Source: Eledone cirrhosa
Lineage: Eukaryota
Direction of reading: 5' to 3'
NCBI GenBank assembly: GCA_964016885.1
Contig: OZ024743.1
Location: forward strand, 13,578,001 to 13,642,000
Length of the DNA: 64,000 bases
The notes under the pieces are model-generated. The model had not been told where the DNA came from and searched no databases. It saw nothing but the letters and a program-made list of their open reading frames with translations. The translations under genes and the position numbers were made by a program. Positions 13,775 to 25,285 of the stretch are shown one piece after another (position 1 is the stretch's first letter; each line of letters begins with the position of its first letter).

Positions 13775-14415
13775 TGTAGTCAGTCGATGGGGTGCCACTT
13801 TAAACGCTTTGGTAGTCTAACCTCACCACAGGTCTCCATTCTCCGTCATGCATAGTAGGGTCTCGGCGTTGTGACCAGTCCACCCTTTAATATTGTCGGA
13901 GAACGACTTTCTTTGTCTGTTTCTCCTCCGCACTCCCTCGAATGTGTCCTGAAGAATGGTTTTAGACAATAAGTTTTAGTGGGATATGATATAATAGATA
14001 ATCTTCAATCTTTAAACCGTCGCAAGTTGTGGTACCTATCTACCATCATAATTATTAACTTGGTGCCTGACAAAGCCGTTTTTTCTGTGCTCCATGTACG
14101 AGATGTGTAGCATCGTTCTAAGGCACATGTTATTCATGGATATTTTGTTCCGTGTCAGCTGTGAGAGTTCAACTCACACACCCATACAAAAGGATGGATG
14201 TACAATTTGAGCCTCGTTGGGAAACAAATGGAGTTACCTTTCCATGTGACACGCAGCTTTATTATGCCAGAAGTGGCCAATCTGAGTTTTGCCAGTATCT
14301 CCTATTGAAATCTGCCATCTTTGGTCAGAGTGGATTCTAGGTATTCAAAGATGTCAACTTCTTCAAGCCTTCTTTCTTTCAACTTGATATTGGTGGCTGT
14401 TTTCTGATTAAAGCT
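13775..14415 (-). mobile_element. RTE-like LINE 3' fragment
   Basis: Minus strand LSKTILQDTFEGVRRRNRQRKSFSDNIKGWTG, and FEYLESTL (like FKYLGS). Confidence 0.8.
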
Positions 14416-14539
14416 ATTAGAAAAAGAAATATCCGTCGTGTGGTAATTAATACGAAATGATTCAGGAAAATAATATGTACCTTGGAGATTATAAAAAGAT
14501 GTGTATACAAATATAGTAGGAATGCGTACTAATCAATAT

Positions 14540-15000
14540 ACAAATATTCTATCGTCTAAACACTATAAACAGCGAGACATAAGTGCTAACAAATACAGTA
14601 TATAACCAGTTTATGTAGGTGAACTAGTTGTGTAAAGGAGTTTAATTCTGAAATAATTAAAGCAGGGGGTAAACGACGATTTAATCGAAACCAGTTTTGC
14701 TGGTGCTTTAAGTTATAGATTCTAGAATGATGAAGGGTAACCTTGCTGTGGACGAGATGAACGCAAAGTGTCGATACAAATACTACACGGTAATTTCCTC
14801 CATAGACTAACATTCTACCAGCTTTCTCCTGATCCCGGACTGCAACTCCTTCATAAGAAAAAGTTATGGCAAATGCCATCTGTTAATGGACATCCCCCAG
14901 TTCACAAGTCCTGTATCGCTACTGATTCCGTTCATCAGTGTATATCCTGGGATTAAGATTTACATTATACGAAGCATTTCACACATAACCCTCTTGCAGC
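14540..15000 (-). mobile_element. Highly decayed Penelope-like GIY-YIG remnant
   Basis: Minus strand LVIYCIC*HLCLAVY resembles the VIYCI.C..C...YIG motif. Confidence 0.4.
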
Positions 15001-17059
15001 TGTGGAACTAACGGAAATGTAGAATAATCCTATTCAGTATTTACGAACGTCTAGTAGACCAAACCGATAAAATGCAAACTGTATAATTAACTCAGTGGCA
15101 ATATATTATTTCACTCCTCTGTTATACATTTAAACGATACCAATCTGTCAGTATGCTACATAGGAATGTCGCTACGTTGTTCTAAATTCTATACACCTAT
15201 AAGACTTCCCATGGTTGGATATTCACACACATTCTGATGAAATTCCAATAGAAATCGTATGCATCTTCATGAAAACAAACAGCAAGCACACCACATTATT
15301 CGTCAAAATGCAATTCGAGACTTTCTACATTAACGCATCTAATTAGTTTAACCGGGAAGGTTAAAAGCCTCAAGCCTGTGTACCTCACCATATAGAATTT
15401 AGAACATTTTACGCAATTCCTATTCACCGACCCAATACTCAGTTTGGATGAGATTTCAATGATTTAGTGACTGTTCTCACATTTCATAATGGACATTTGA
15501 AAATTCCATCACTATTTGCTACTCTTTGTGGTTTTTCTTGCTAGTTTTGTCTGTATTTATACATTTCGCTCTCATTGATACTTGTCTGATTATTGCCGTT
15601 GTGTTTATATTGGCTCGATACTAGGCAAGTTTCGAAATTATCGCTAGTTTTCCGTTTCTTGTTCAGTGTCTGAAACACGATAGTTAACCTTCCCCCTTAC
15701 ATATCATTTTCCTCTATTGCCTAATAGACAGAGAGAAAAGATGTACCAGGTGGGGAAGCGCATCACCATGTCGTGCATGTGAGTGTGCCGATTGTGATTT
15801 TTGTTTGTCTTGTTTGTATTTAGTTCTCATCAAATATCACATAATTAATTCTAACATACGATGACTGCACAGTTGCGTGTATGAAACTAGGCATGTAATT
15901 AGCAATAAATGAATCTCAGAAATGAAGTTCTACATCTGAACAAAACCATCTAAGCCGAATATACACACGCAACATATAAAAGCTGCATTGGAATTGTGAT
16001 GGTGATTTGTTTATTGTTTTTAGAACCTGAATCCTCTACACCTCTTATCAGTGAACAATCAATGATTTGGAATTAATAAACTGACTCTGGTTTATTTTCC
16101 CTTCATTACTTTCAACAATAATCAAAAACCGTCTTCCCGGTGGTGCTTTCTGTTATTGTGGTATATGCATTTATTTGCTGGACCTTAACTGTCTCATTTC
16201 TATTACCTCTTTGTCCCATCCCTATCGGTTTCTCTCTTTCTAGTATTTCACTCTCGCCTTACTCTTTTCTTATTATCGTTCTGTCGTCTTCCTTTTTCCT
16301 AGTTTCTTCCGTCCACCCCTTTATTTTCGACATTTAGCACACCCAATTTAGAATGGTAGGTTTCGCCAGATGCATTCTATTAATGAAAGTCTAATTTTTC
16401 CATCATGTCACACTTTACCTGTGGCACATTTTGCAATTTCTTTTGTCCTAATTTTATTACATGACTATTGCATTTTTATTTCTAATCGTAAATATTTTAT
16501 GTATTGATCTGTTTGTATCTATCAAAAAACTCCCTGATTCTAGTTTATTCTGATATTCTCTCCTGTGAATTTTACAAATAGAGCGATTCTGCAATCTGTT
16601 GCTTAAAATGACACGACAAGTGAAATTCCACCCTAATTTCCGAAATATGACTCTTGAAGGAACTGACGAGTTAGAGATGCAGTGGTTATTTTGTCTTATG
16701 TAACTGTTTTCTGTATATATCGATAGCCTAATGCCTTTAGAAAATGAATATGATATAAATGTGGCGTACTAATAAGGACCTACATTTGTTGGTTCATATC
16801 ACGTACTGGTGTGGTCATGATAGCCAAAGCAGCACAATCCAGTTTCGTAGTAAAATGAGCTGCATGATCGCTTCGTAAAGTGTGGCATGGCAAAGCAGCA
16901 GGGCAGTAACATCTGTAAATGGTCTGTTTGAATAGGCCTTTTGTGGGGTATTCGAAACCACTGGCTTGGGATTGACCAACAATCATTACCTCTCTGGTAT
17001 CAAATCGGTTTATCGGGTTTCCTGTGGCACATATGGAATCTTGCTGACACATATGATTC

Positions 17060-17790
17060 TTGCCTCCTCAAATAAGCAAACATTTGAGGATGCAAAACCG
17101 ATATTTCTCTCTGAAGAATGATTTAATCTCCAACACCATTAGAAACATCCGCCTCAATTCTTCAGTCTTCATCAAGCAAATACACCACTCCTGCATAAAA
17201 ACCTCACACGAAATTTACACCACCAGCTCCCCCTATACACACGGACAACCTCAGAGCAGATGCTTTTACTTAGAATGACACCCGATAGCCTGCTCCGTAC
17301 TACTACAGCCGCTATAAACCAGTGCTAGCCTGCCCGAGTCCAATTTGAGAAAGAATGTCTCAAACATAAATTCGACTCGACCCTCAAAAAACAGATTAAA
17401 GCTAGCAATAGTGCTAAACGTGATAACAACACTCCTCTCTTCCAGATCACCTTTAATGGAGTCGGGGTTCAACATGTTGAACGCCACAAACACGATAACA
17501 CTAACCCCACCGACTCTATGTACACCACCACCCTTCCCCTGCTGGCTGATGACAAACATACACGTCGTCACAGGTCTAACTGGGTTTCTTTCCAACGATG
17601 AAATGCAACTCCTCCGTCTTGGACCCAAGTTCATTCTGACGCAGCGACTCGATGACAGTCCCAGACTAGACATTGAGACCAATTTCTACAGAGCCGCCTA
17701 GAAACTCAAGTCGTTGTCTTCCATCGACACTTCCGAGATTTCTACAATGAACGCTTAATTCCCCACTTACTACACCCTCCGCCCGCCAAC
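17060..17790 (+). mobile_element. Penelope-like element N-terminal ORF remnant
   Basis: LSNDEMQLLRLGPKFILT matches the LS..E..LL.LG.KF motif upstream of PLE RTs. Confidence 0.55.
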
Positions 17791-18526
17791 CGTGCTTTGT
17801 TGCTCCTATATCCATTTTGTCTCATTTAAACAATTATTTTGTGTCATTTAAACTACTATCTTTTGTAGAAATGCCTGCATGTTCTAGAATCGATTGTTGT
17901 GGCTGTGCAGATCATCTCATCACTACCCTGTGTGTGCGTCGATAGCTTCCCGTATATTTGTCATTGGCATTACTTTGCTTCTTCCTGTAAAGAGATTATT
18001 ACTAATGCCACTGACCAGACTACGTGACCCGAGAACAAAAATGGTGTTGTATGACACTACATAGAATACTGATGTTTAATTTGATTTAGATTTAAGCACT
18101 AAATGCTTATTGCACTCATATATAAAACTTCGTAATTACTCAATTATCATTTTCGCAGCATATTGTGAGTGAGAGTTACGTGGTTTATGGTCAAATTACT
18201 TCCACTCATCACCAACCATTCTATCGAATTTTAGGCAAAGTGTATTGGGTAGTTACGGAGTGATTTGGCTGTCAAACATATCAATTCTATACACTCCTAG
18301 AGAATACACCAAGGAAACCCAGGAAACGAAAGTGAATGCCGCTAATTAGCTGCTGAAACTTCTAGAAATATCAACTAAATCTTTCTAAAGTCAACCCTAT
18401 TATCTTAAAAAAAGAGAGGAAGGGTTGAAATGAAAGTGTCCTTCAAGATATATATATATGTTTCACTAAATAAATGATGCTCTCGTCCTATGACGTTATT
18501 GATTTGATCGTTATTGATTTGATCAA

Positions 18527-18713
18527 GGGCGGTGGATTGGCAGTATCGGTAGAGGGTCGGACGCCATGCTTTCCAGCATAGTTACGTCCCTTTACGATCT
18601 GAGTTCAAATCCCGCCAGGTTGACTTTGCCTTTCACCCTTACGGGGTCGATAAAATAAAGTACCAGTAATGCACTGGGTAATTGCTGTCCTTGTGCCTAA
18701 AGTAGAAACAGTT
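18527..18713 (+). mobile_element. tRNA-derived SINE
   Basis: Full family consensus; TSD gttattgatttgatca. Confidence 0.95.
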
Positions 18714-18769
18714 ATTGATTTGATCATAGCTTTGCTTAGATTACGGTAAATATTTACTAAAAGAGAATA

Positions 18770-18964
18770 ATAATTTCTACTGTAGGCATAATTTGAGGGT
18801 GGGAAAGTCGATTAAATCGACGCCAGTACGTTACTTGTGCTTTATTTTATCGAACCCTTAAGGATGAAAGGCAAAGTTAACCTCGGTGGGATTTGAAATG
18901 AGACCGTAACTCTATGCTGCAAAGCATTGTGTCCGACTCTGCGGATACTGCCAATCCACCCGCC
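18770..18964 (-). mobile_element. tRNA-derived SINE, longer variant
   Basis: Family core plus an extra gtcgattaaatcgac palindrome in the 3' part. Confidence 0.85.
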
Positions 18965-19560
18965 TACTAAAACAGAATAATAACGACAACAATAATGTCG
19001 GGTCTTTTATTGCAGGTACATGAATAATGATTTCAAAGTAATTTCAATAGTCATTTCAAAGTGCTCTTTGTACTATGAAACAAGTTTCATAGACGGGTAG
19101 TCTGTAAGTAAAGTGTACCATGCACATTTTTATCTGAGATATCGTGTGATACTCAACAATATGGAAAAGGAATCCTATGAAGCATGACGAAGTGTCTTTC
19201 TGTGGGAAGAGGCCGACTTAATCTGAGAAAAAAATAGTGTTTACTGCCTATTGAAACATATTAAGCTCTATTTAATCTCGGGAATTTGGTTTGAATGATA
19301 GATCTAAAAATATATATGAAATGAGATAATGTAGAATTATATTGCCTTTGATATAAGTATGTATACGTACATACATATATGTATACAGGCGTATATTAGT
19401 ATGTATATATATATACATACATGCAGACATATATATATGTACGTATGGATTCACCGAACATTTATTATAATGCTCGGTGTGTTTGTAAGCAAACATCCCG
19501 AATTAAGCCGTACAGTGTCTAGCAACCATCGTTGCTCATTTGTTCAACACTGACAAAGGA

Positions 19561-19603
19561 ACGCTATACTAGTTTCAAGCTTATTAGCTATCGTCAGCAA
19601 CGT
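19561..19603 (-). ncRNA. Type-I minimal hammerhead ribozyme
   Basis: Reverse complement: acgttg CTGACGA t agct-aata-agct t GAAAC ta GTA tagcgt; stem I acgttg/tagcgt pairs with G-U wobbles. Confidence 0.75.
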
Positions 19604-19704
19604 ATACCTTCCTGCTTAATTCGGGATGTTTGTTTACAAACAAACCGAGCATTATAATACATGTTCGGTGAATCCATACGTACATATATATATATGTGTG
19701 CATG

Positions 19705-19740
<36 letters not shown>

Positions 19741-19965
19741 CTAGTGTACGTCTGTATACATATATGTATGTACGTATACATACTTATATTTAAGTAACAG
19801 CCGTACTAAGAGTGAGAAATGAAATTTCGTTTCATTTTTTCCGTTTATCGTTTTCGGTACCCCGGCCGATTAACTCACTCGATATGCAAATTAGGCTGCT
19901 CAGCCGTTAATATGCATAAGGAAAGTATATACTTTCAGACGTTCAACCATCTGGCAGGAAAGTAT

Positions 19966-20008
19966 ACGTTGCTGACGATAGCTAATAAGCTTGAAACTAG
20001 TACATCGT
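19966..20008 (+). ncRNA. Type-I minimal hammerhead ribozyme
   Basis: acgttg CTGACGA t agct-aata-agct t GAAAC ta GTA catcgt; intact core, palindromic stem III (actagt), one mismatch in stem I. Confidence 0.75.
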
Positions 20009-21139
20009 TCCTTTGTCAGTGTTGAACAAATGAGCAACGATGGTTGCTAGACACTGTACGGCTTAATTCGGGATGTTTGTTTACAAACACACCGAGCATT
20101 ATAATACATGTTCGGTGAATCCATACGTACATATATATATATGTGTGCATGTATGTATATATATACATACTGCTGTACGTCTGTATACATATATGTATGT
20201 ACGTATACATACTTATATTTAAGTAACAGCCGTACTAAGAGTGAGAAATGAAATTTCGTTTCATTTTTTCCGTATATCTCCTTTGCAAAAATATAAAACA
20301 AGTATATCTAATTTTTATTCACAACTTCCGCTCCTGTATGGTTCGACACTGCTTACACTTTAGGAAGAGAGAGACGGAGAGGGATAGGTGGGAGATATAG
20401 TAGAATTGTGGCGTTGGATGAAATTAATTTCTCCCAAGCAACGATCAATCTAAATTCTATATTTGTCTCGAATTATAAGTTAAACACTTTGTTGGATTCG
20501 TTAGGACAATATAAGTTTTGAAATAAATAAATGCTTTCTGCCAGATCAAACCAGAATATATCAAAGTGAAGACTAGCATTAAAGTATTTTCTAAAATTAT
20601 TTATTTTCACAATACATTCAGCAATATGATCTACTTATTGTTATTCAATATTTTTTCATCCTTTGACCAAAGAAAATATGAAAAGATTTACGTGTCACTT
20701 GAATTTCCGTCGAATCGAATTATTCTACCCCCTTGTGATTATTCATGCAAATGTAAAATGTTTATAATTCAATATATAAAGATAAAGTGTTTCCCTCGGT
20801 CTTGAATATTTCATTTTCGTTAAACAGATAACATTTAAAGAAAATAGAAAGCCACCGGTGATATAATTTCAATCTAAAATTAAATAAGAAACATATACAA
20901 AGACACACATGCAACCACACGCACACAGGTACACAATAAAGTCAAGCGTAATTTTGAATTCATCTCAAACGATTCGGAAATTAAGTAAAACACAAAACAA
21001 AATCGTATCGGAAAGCTTTACGCTAGAAACGAATTATTAAAAACCTTCATCTTCAATAGTTATTAGAAATCGTTGGATTGCGTCATTCACCAACTAAACA
21101 CACCTGCACACACAAATATACACACATATATATATACAC

Positions 21140-21177
<38 letters not shown>

Positions 21178-21182
<5 letters not shown>

Positions 21183-21354
21183 AATTCCATTATAACGAAA
21201 TTCACATGAAAAAATTCGTTGTAACGAAACATTCTTTATAACGAGATCGACAGAAACAAATCGAGTGTTTATTTATTACATTGGGGATTGACAAACATTT
21301 CGCTATACCGAAACATTCGTATTAATTGTAACGCATTATAACGGAATTTTACCT
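21178..21354. mobile_element. Tc1/pogo(Tigger)-like MITE
   Basis: Imperfect TIRs agtgaaattccattataacg … cattataacggaattttacct, internal ttataacg repeats, TA at both ends. Confidence 0.65.
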
Positions 21355-21355
21355 A

Positions 21356-21439
<84 letters not shown>

Positions 21440-21442
<3 letters not shown>

Positions 21443-21778
21443 TTGCGTACATTTCACTGCATCTCAAGGGTAGGTCTTCACGCGTTAATGTTATGTCTTG
21501 CTATTTTTGAAAGGCAATATCCATTCGTAATATCTTCGAAATAATTCGTTCTGTGTCCACAGATTGATATTTCTCATTTTCAGCTGATCCCACTTTTGGT
21601 GGAAACAGAAGTTGTTTGCTTAATCTTTTAATCTGTACTCATACTAATAATTGTTTCTACATTTGGCACATGGCCATCAATTGTCCCAGTGTATTACTGG
21701 TGCTTTATGTTATCGACCCTGTTAGGATAAAAGGAAAAGTTAACCTCGGCGGGATTTGAAATCAGACCATAAAGGGCC

Positions 21779-21812
<34 letters not shown>

Positions 21813-22151
21813 GGCCCTTTATGGTCTGATTTCAAATCCCGCCGAGGTTAACTTTTCCTTTTATCCTAACAGGGTCGATAACATAAAGCACCAGTAATAC
21901 ACTGGGACAATTGATGGCCTTGTGCCAAATGTAGAAACAATTATTAGTATGAGTACAGATTAAAAGATTAAGCAAACAACTTCTGTTTCCACCAAAAGTG
22001 GGATCAGCTGAAAATGAGAAATATCAATCTGTGGACACAGAACTAATTATTTCGAAGATATTACGAATGGATATTGCCTTTCAAAAATAGCAAGACATAA
22101 CATTAACGCGTGAAGACCTACCCTTGAGATGCAGTGAAATGTACGCAAGAA
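21440..22151. repeat. Large palindrome: ~340 bp arms around an (AT)15 centre, containing a partial SINE in each arm
   Basis: 21440-21780 is the reverse complement of 21811-22151; two mismatches seen. Confidence 0.97.
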
Positions 22152-22646
22152 GAATTATGTTTGTATGTGAAGGGGGAAGGACAAATTCTTGCTATGAAAA
22201 AAATAAGATCCCTACTATGAAAGAACCAGGGGACAAATTTTCTTTATAGAATAATCGAATATTTTCAAGTTATTATACATATAAAATTGTATTAATTGGA
22301 GTAATATGATTAAAATCAAAGATACAGAAGGTATTAATAATAGTAATAATAATGAACACAGTAATGATAATAGTTTCTGATTTAGTCCAACAATTTTGGG
22401 GAGAGGAATGTCGATTAAATCAACCTCAGTGCGAATTGAACTCAGAATGTAAAGGGTCGCAACTACATGCCACGAGGTTTGCTGTCCGACGCTCTATCGA
22501 TACTGTTCATCTACTGTAGTAAAAATCCCAACAATGAGGATGTTAATAATGATAGTGATAATTATAATAGTAATTAGAATATGATGATACTAGGTTAATA
22601 ATAATTAAGATAAACACAAACATGGATGTCTCCAGAACAATATATA

Positions 22647-22831
22647 ATTGTTTCTACTTTTGGCACAAGGCCAGCAATTACCCAGTGCATTACTGATACT
22701 TTATTTTATCGACCCCTTAAGGATGAAAAGCAAATTTACCCTCGGCGGGATTTGAACTCAGTATGGCAAGGGCCGTAACTCTGTGCGTCAAAGCATGGCG
22801 TCCGTTCCTCTACCGATACTGTCAATCCACC
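22647..22831 (-). mobile_element. tRNA-derived SINE
   Basis: Family consensus, tttgacgca..gagttacggcccttgcca subfamily. Confidence 0.93.
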
Positions 22832-23940
22832 GAATAATAACAGGCAAATACCATTAGTACCAATACAAATGAATGTGTTGTGTGATTCAGGAAATAACAA
22901 AAGAAACTACGAAAAGCTTGAGGAAATGATGCTATAATGAACGGGAACCATGTTGCATTCGAGCAACAGGTTCAACATAAAATACACTTAAACCGAATTA
23001 AGAATATTACGGTGAGAAGAGGATATCACGGTGCGAACGAATGATATTTATATAAGGATGCTAAATTAAGGAATGTATGCTGTAGGTTGAGTTGCTGCGG
23101 CAACATAACGATTGTATTTATAAATCCTCAAAAAAAAATCCTCAAACAAGACTTAAAAGGAGAAAAACGGAAGAGAAAAAATATATCGCGAAGTGAAACA
23201 AGTGGCAGTTACATAATGCCACATTACATAAAAGCAAATTCCGTATAAAGTCTCTACATTAAAGGACAGCAGGATCTTAAAATTACAAGATAACCATTAA
23301 TTCAAGGAGCGAAAGCTAAAGCGCTTGATTAACGGAATTAAAAAAGAAACCCATGAAAAGAATGACAAAATATTATCCGAGAATACAAATTAAGACTTTA
23401 CAAAGAATTAAGTAACAAATCGTATGATTTGTGTATGCACAAAATAAAAGAGAAAGTAGAAACATTTTTAGGAAAATATAACAAAAATATATCTTTGAAA
23501 AACAAACCCAAAACAATTAAACTAACCAGTAGAATTAGTCATGTAGTAAGACCCGAATGTGAATATACCACAACAGAAAAATTAATAGAATTCATCAGAA
23601 AAATGCGATTGTAGGAGACAATATAAGATTGTCACCTGGCGGAGACCATATACACAATTTGTTTTAAAGCAACTATATTTCAGACATCAATATATGCCAA
23701 ATATATTGAACTCATTCCAAATACAAAAGTGGTTGATTTAAATAATATTATTCTCTTGATCATAGTAACTGAGATCTCAAAGGAATGAATTTCCGCAAGG
23801 AATTATCATCAAGAATACGTAAGAAGAAATCTATGCATCATGATCGAATTAGTCAACTTAATGGTAAGCAGAAGGGGTACAAATGGAAGACATATATAAA
23901 TACCTGCTGCATATAAACAAACCTTCTGATAAACGAAATA

Positions 23941-24057
23941 GTCGTTTCTACTTAAGGCACAATGCCAACAATTACCCAGTGCATTACTGGTGCTTCATTC
24001 TATCGACCCCGTAAAGATGAAAGGCAAAGTTAACCTCGGCGGCATTTGAACTCAGAG
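23941..24057 (-). mobile_element. 5'-truncated SINE
   Basis: B box to tail only. Confidence 0.85.
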
Positions 24058-24557
24058 GTTAACTATGTCTAAAATAATACAAGAATAGTACATGCAAACT
24101 CCGAAGAATATACATACGTCCTGGATAGATTATAAATAAGCATATGTGGTTGAAGACCATTCATGGATATTAGAGTCAATTGGGATGTATGAATAATCAC
24201 AAATGATTATATGATTCATATAAAGTATATTGCCAAAGTGGCAAACATTTATGGCCCAATATAATAAGGAATGTTTTCTACAAATTAACACAATCTAAAT
24301 CAAAATAGGAATAATCACAGAACATTCGTTTTCAGCACGTTTTCTTTGTTTGGATTTTAAAATATTGTAAAATATTGTAGTGAGATCGGGCTAATCAAAT
24401 GCGACAGAGCTATATTCAAAAGAAACAAATTTAAAACTATAACACTATCAATAAAACTAGCTAAATATTCAAGGAATTTTAAAAAAATGGTTCGTGTACA
24501 TATATATATATATATATATGACCAGGGTTGAATGATAGCTATCAAATTCTGAATAAT

Positions 24558-24743
24558 AATTGTTTCTACTTTAGGCACAAGGCCAGCAATTACCCAGTGC
24601 ATTACTGGTACTTTATTTTATCGACCCCGTAAGGATGAAAGGTAAAGTCAACCTCGGCGGGATTTGAACTCAGATCGTAAAGGGACGTAACTATGCTGGA
24701 AAGCATGGCGTCCGACCCTCCACCGATACTGCCAATCCACCGT
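24558..24743 (-). mobile_element. tRNA-derived SINE
   Basis: Near consensus; TSD caaatt(c/t)tgaataataat at 24543-24560 and 24745-24762. Confidence 0.95.
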
Positions 24744-24773
24744 CCAAATTTTGAATAATAATGCTTCAAAAAC

Positions 24774-24810
<37 letters not shown>

Positions 24811-25100
24811 ATGTGCTAAGAAAATCCTAAATTGTTAACTGAACTCAAAATAAGTGATGATGAAAAGGAGCAGCCCAGTAGTTCCACAAGTCATCCGTGT
24901 CTTCGATGAGCCTAGTTGAGATTTGCAAGGACACAAAAATAAAGAAACTGTTATCAAGCTTTAGAGTACACTTTACCCAGGGTGACTCGTATCACATACA
25001 TATCTTTATATAGAGTGAAGGAAGAGGTCTTTTTCAACCTGAGATGGTATATAAAACCAATACATTTTGACTCAGCATAAGAAGAATCACGTACATAATT

Positions 25101-25285
25101 AATTGTTTCCACTTTAGGCAGAAGGCCAGCAATTATCCAGTGCATTACTGGTACTTTATTTTATCGACCCCGTAAGGATGAAAGGCAAAGTTAACCTCGG
25201 CGGGATTTGAACTCAGATCGTAAAGGGACGTAACTATGCTGGAAAGTATAGCGTCCGACCCTCTACCGATACTGCCAATCCACCG
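25101..25285 (-). mobile_element. tRNA-derived SINE
   Basis: Near consensus; TSD cgtacataattaat at 25090-25103 and 25284-25297. Confidence 0.95.

Larger units (their letters stand above)
19350..20273 (+). mobile_element. Non-coding hammerhead-bearing element (Penelope pLTR/retrozyme-like) in inverted + tandem arrangement
   Basis: 19614-19844 is a direct repeat of ~20060-20273; ~19350-19615 is an inverted copy of ~19953-20216; the two longer copies each carry a hammerhead. Confidence 0.75.

Noticed and set aside
15228-15262. ctgatga…gaaatcgta hammerhead candidate
   Set aside because: Stems I and II do not pair convincingly.
18527-18713. SINE heads as tRNA genes
   Set aside because: A/B-box-like motifs are present, but the copies are interspersed with TSDs and a non-tRNA body, and I could not form a cloverleaf.
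19882-19890. Octamer motif ATGCAAAT as an snRNA-type promoter element
   Set aside because: A single 8-mer is expected by chance in AT-rich DNA and no snRNA gene is visible.
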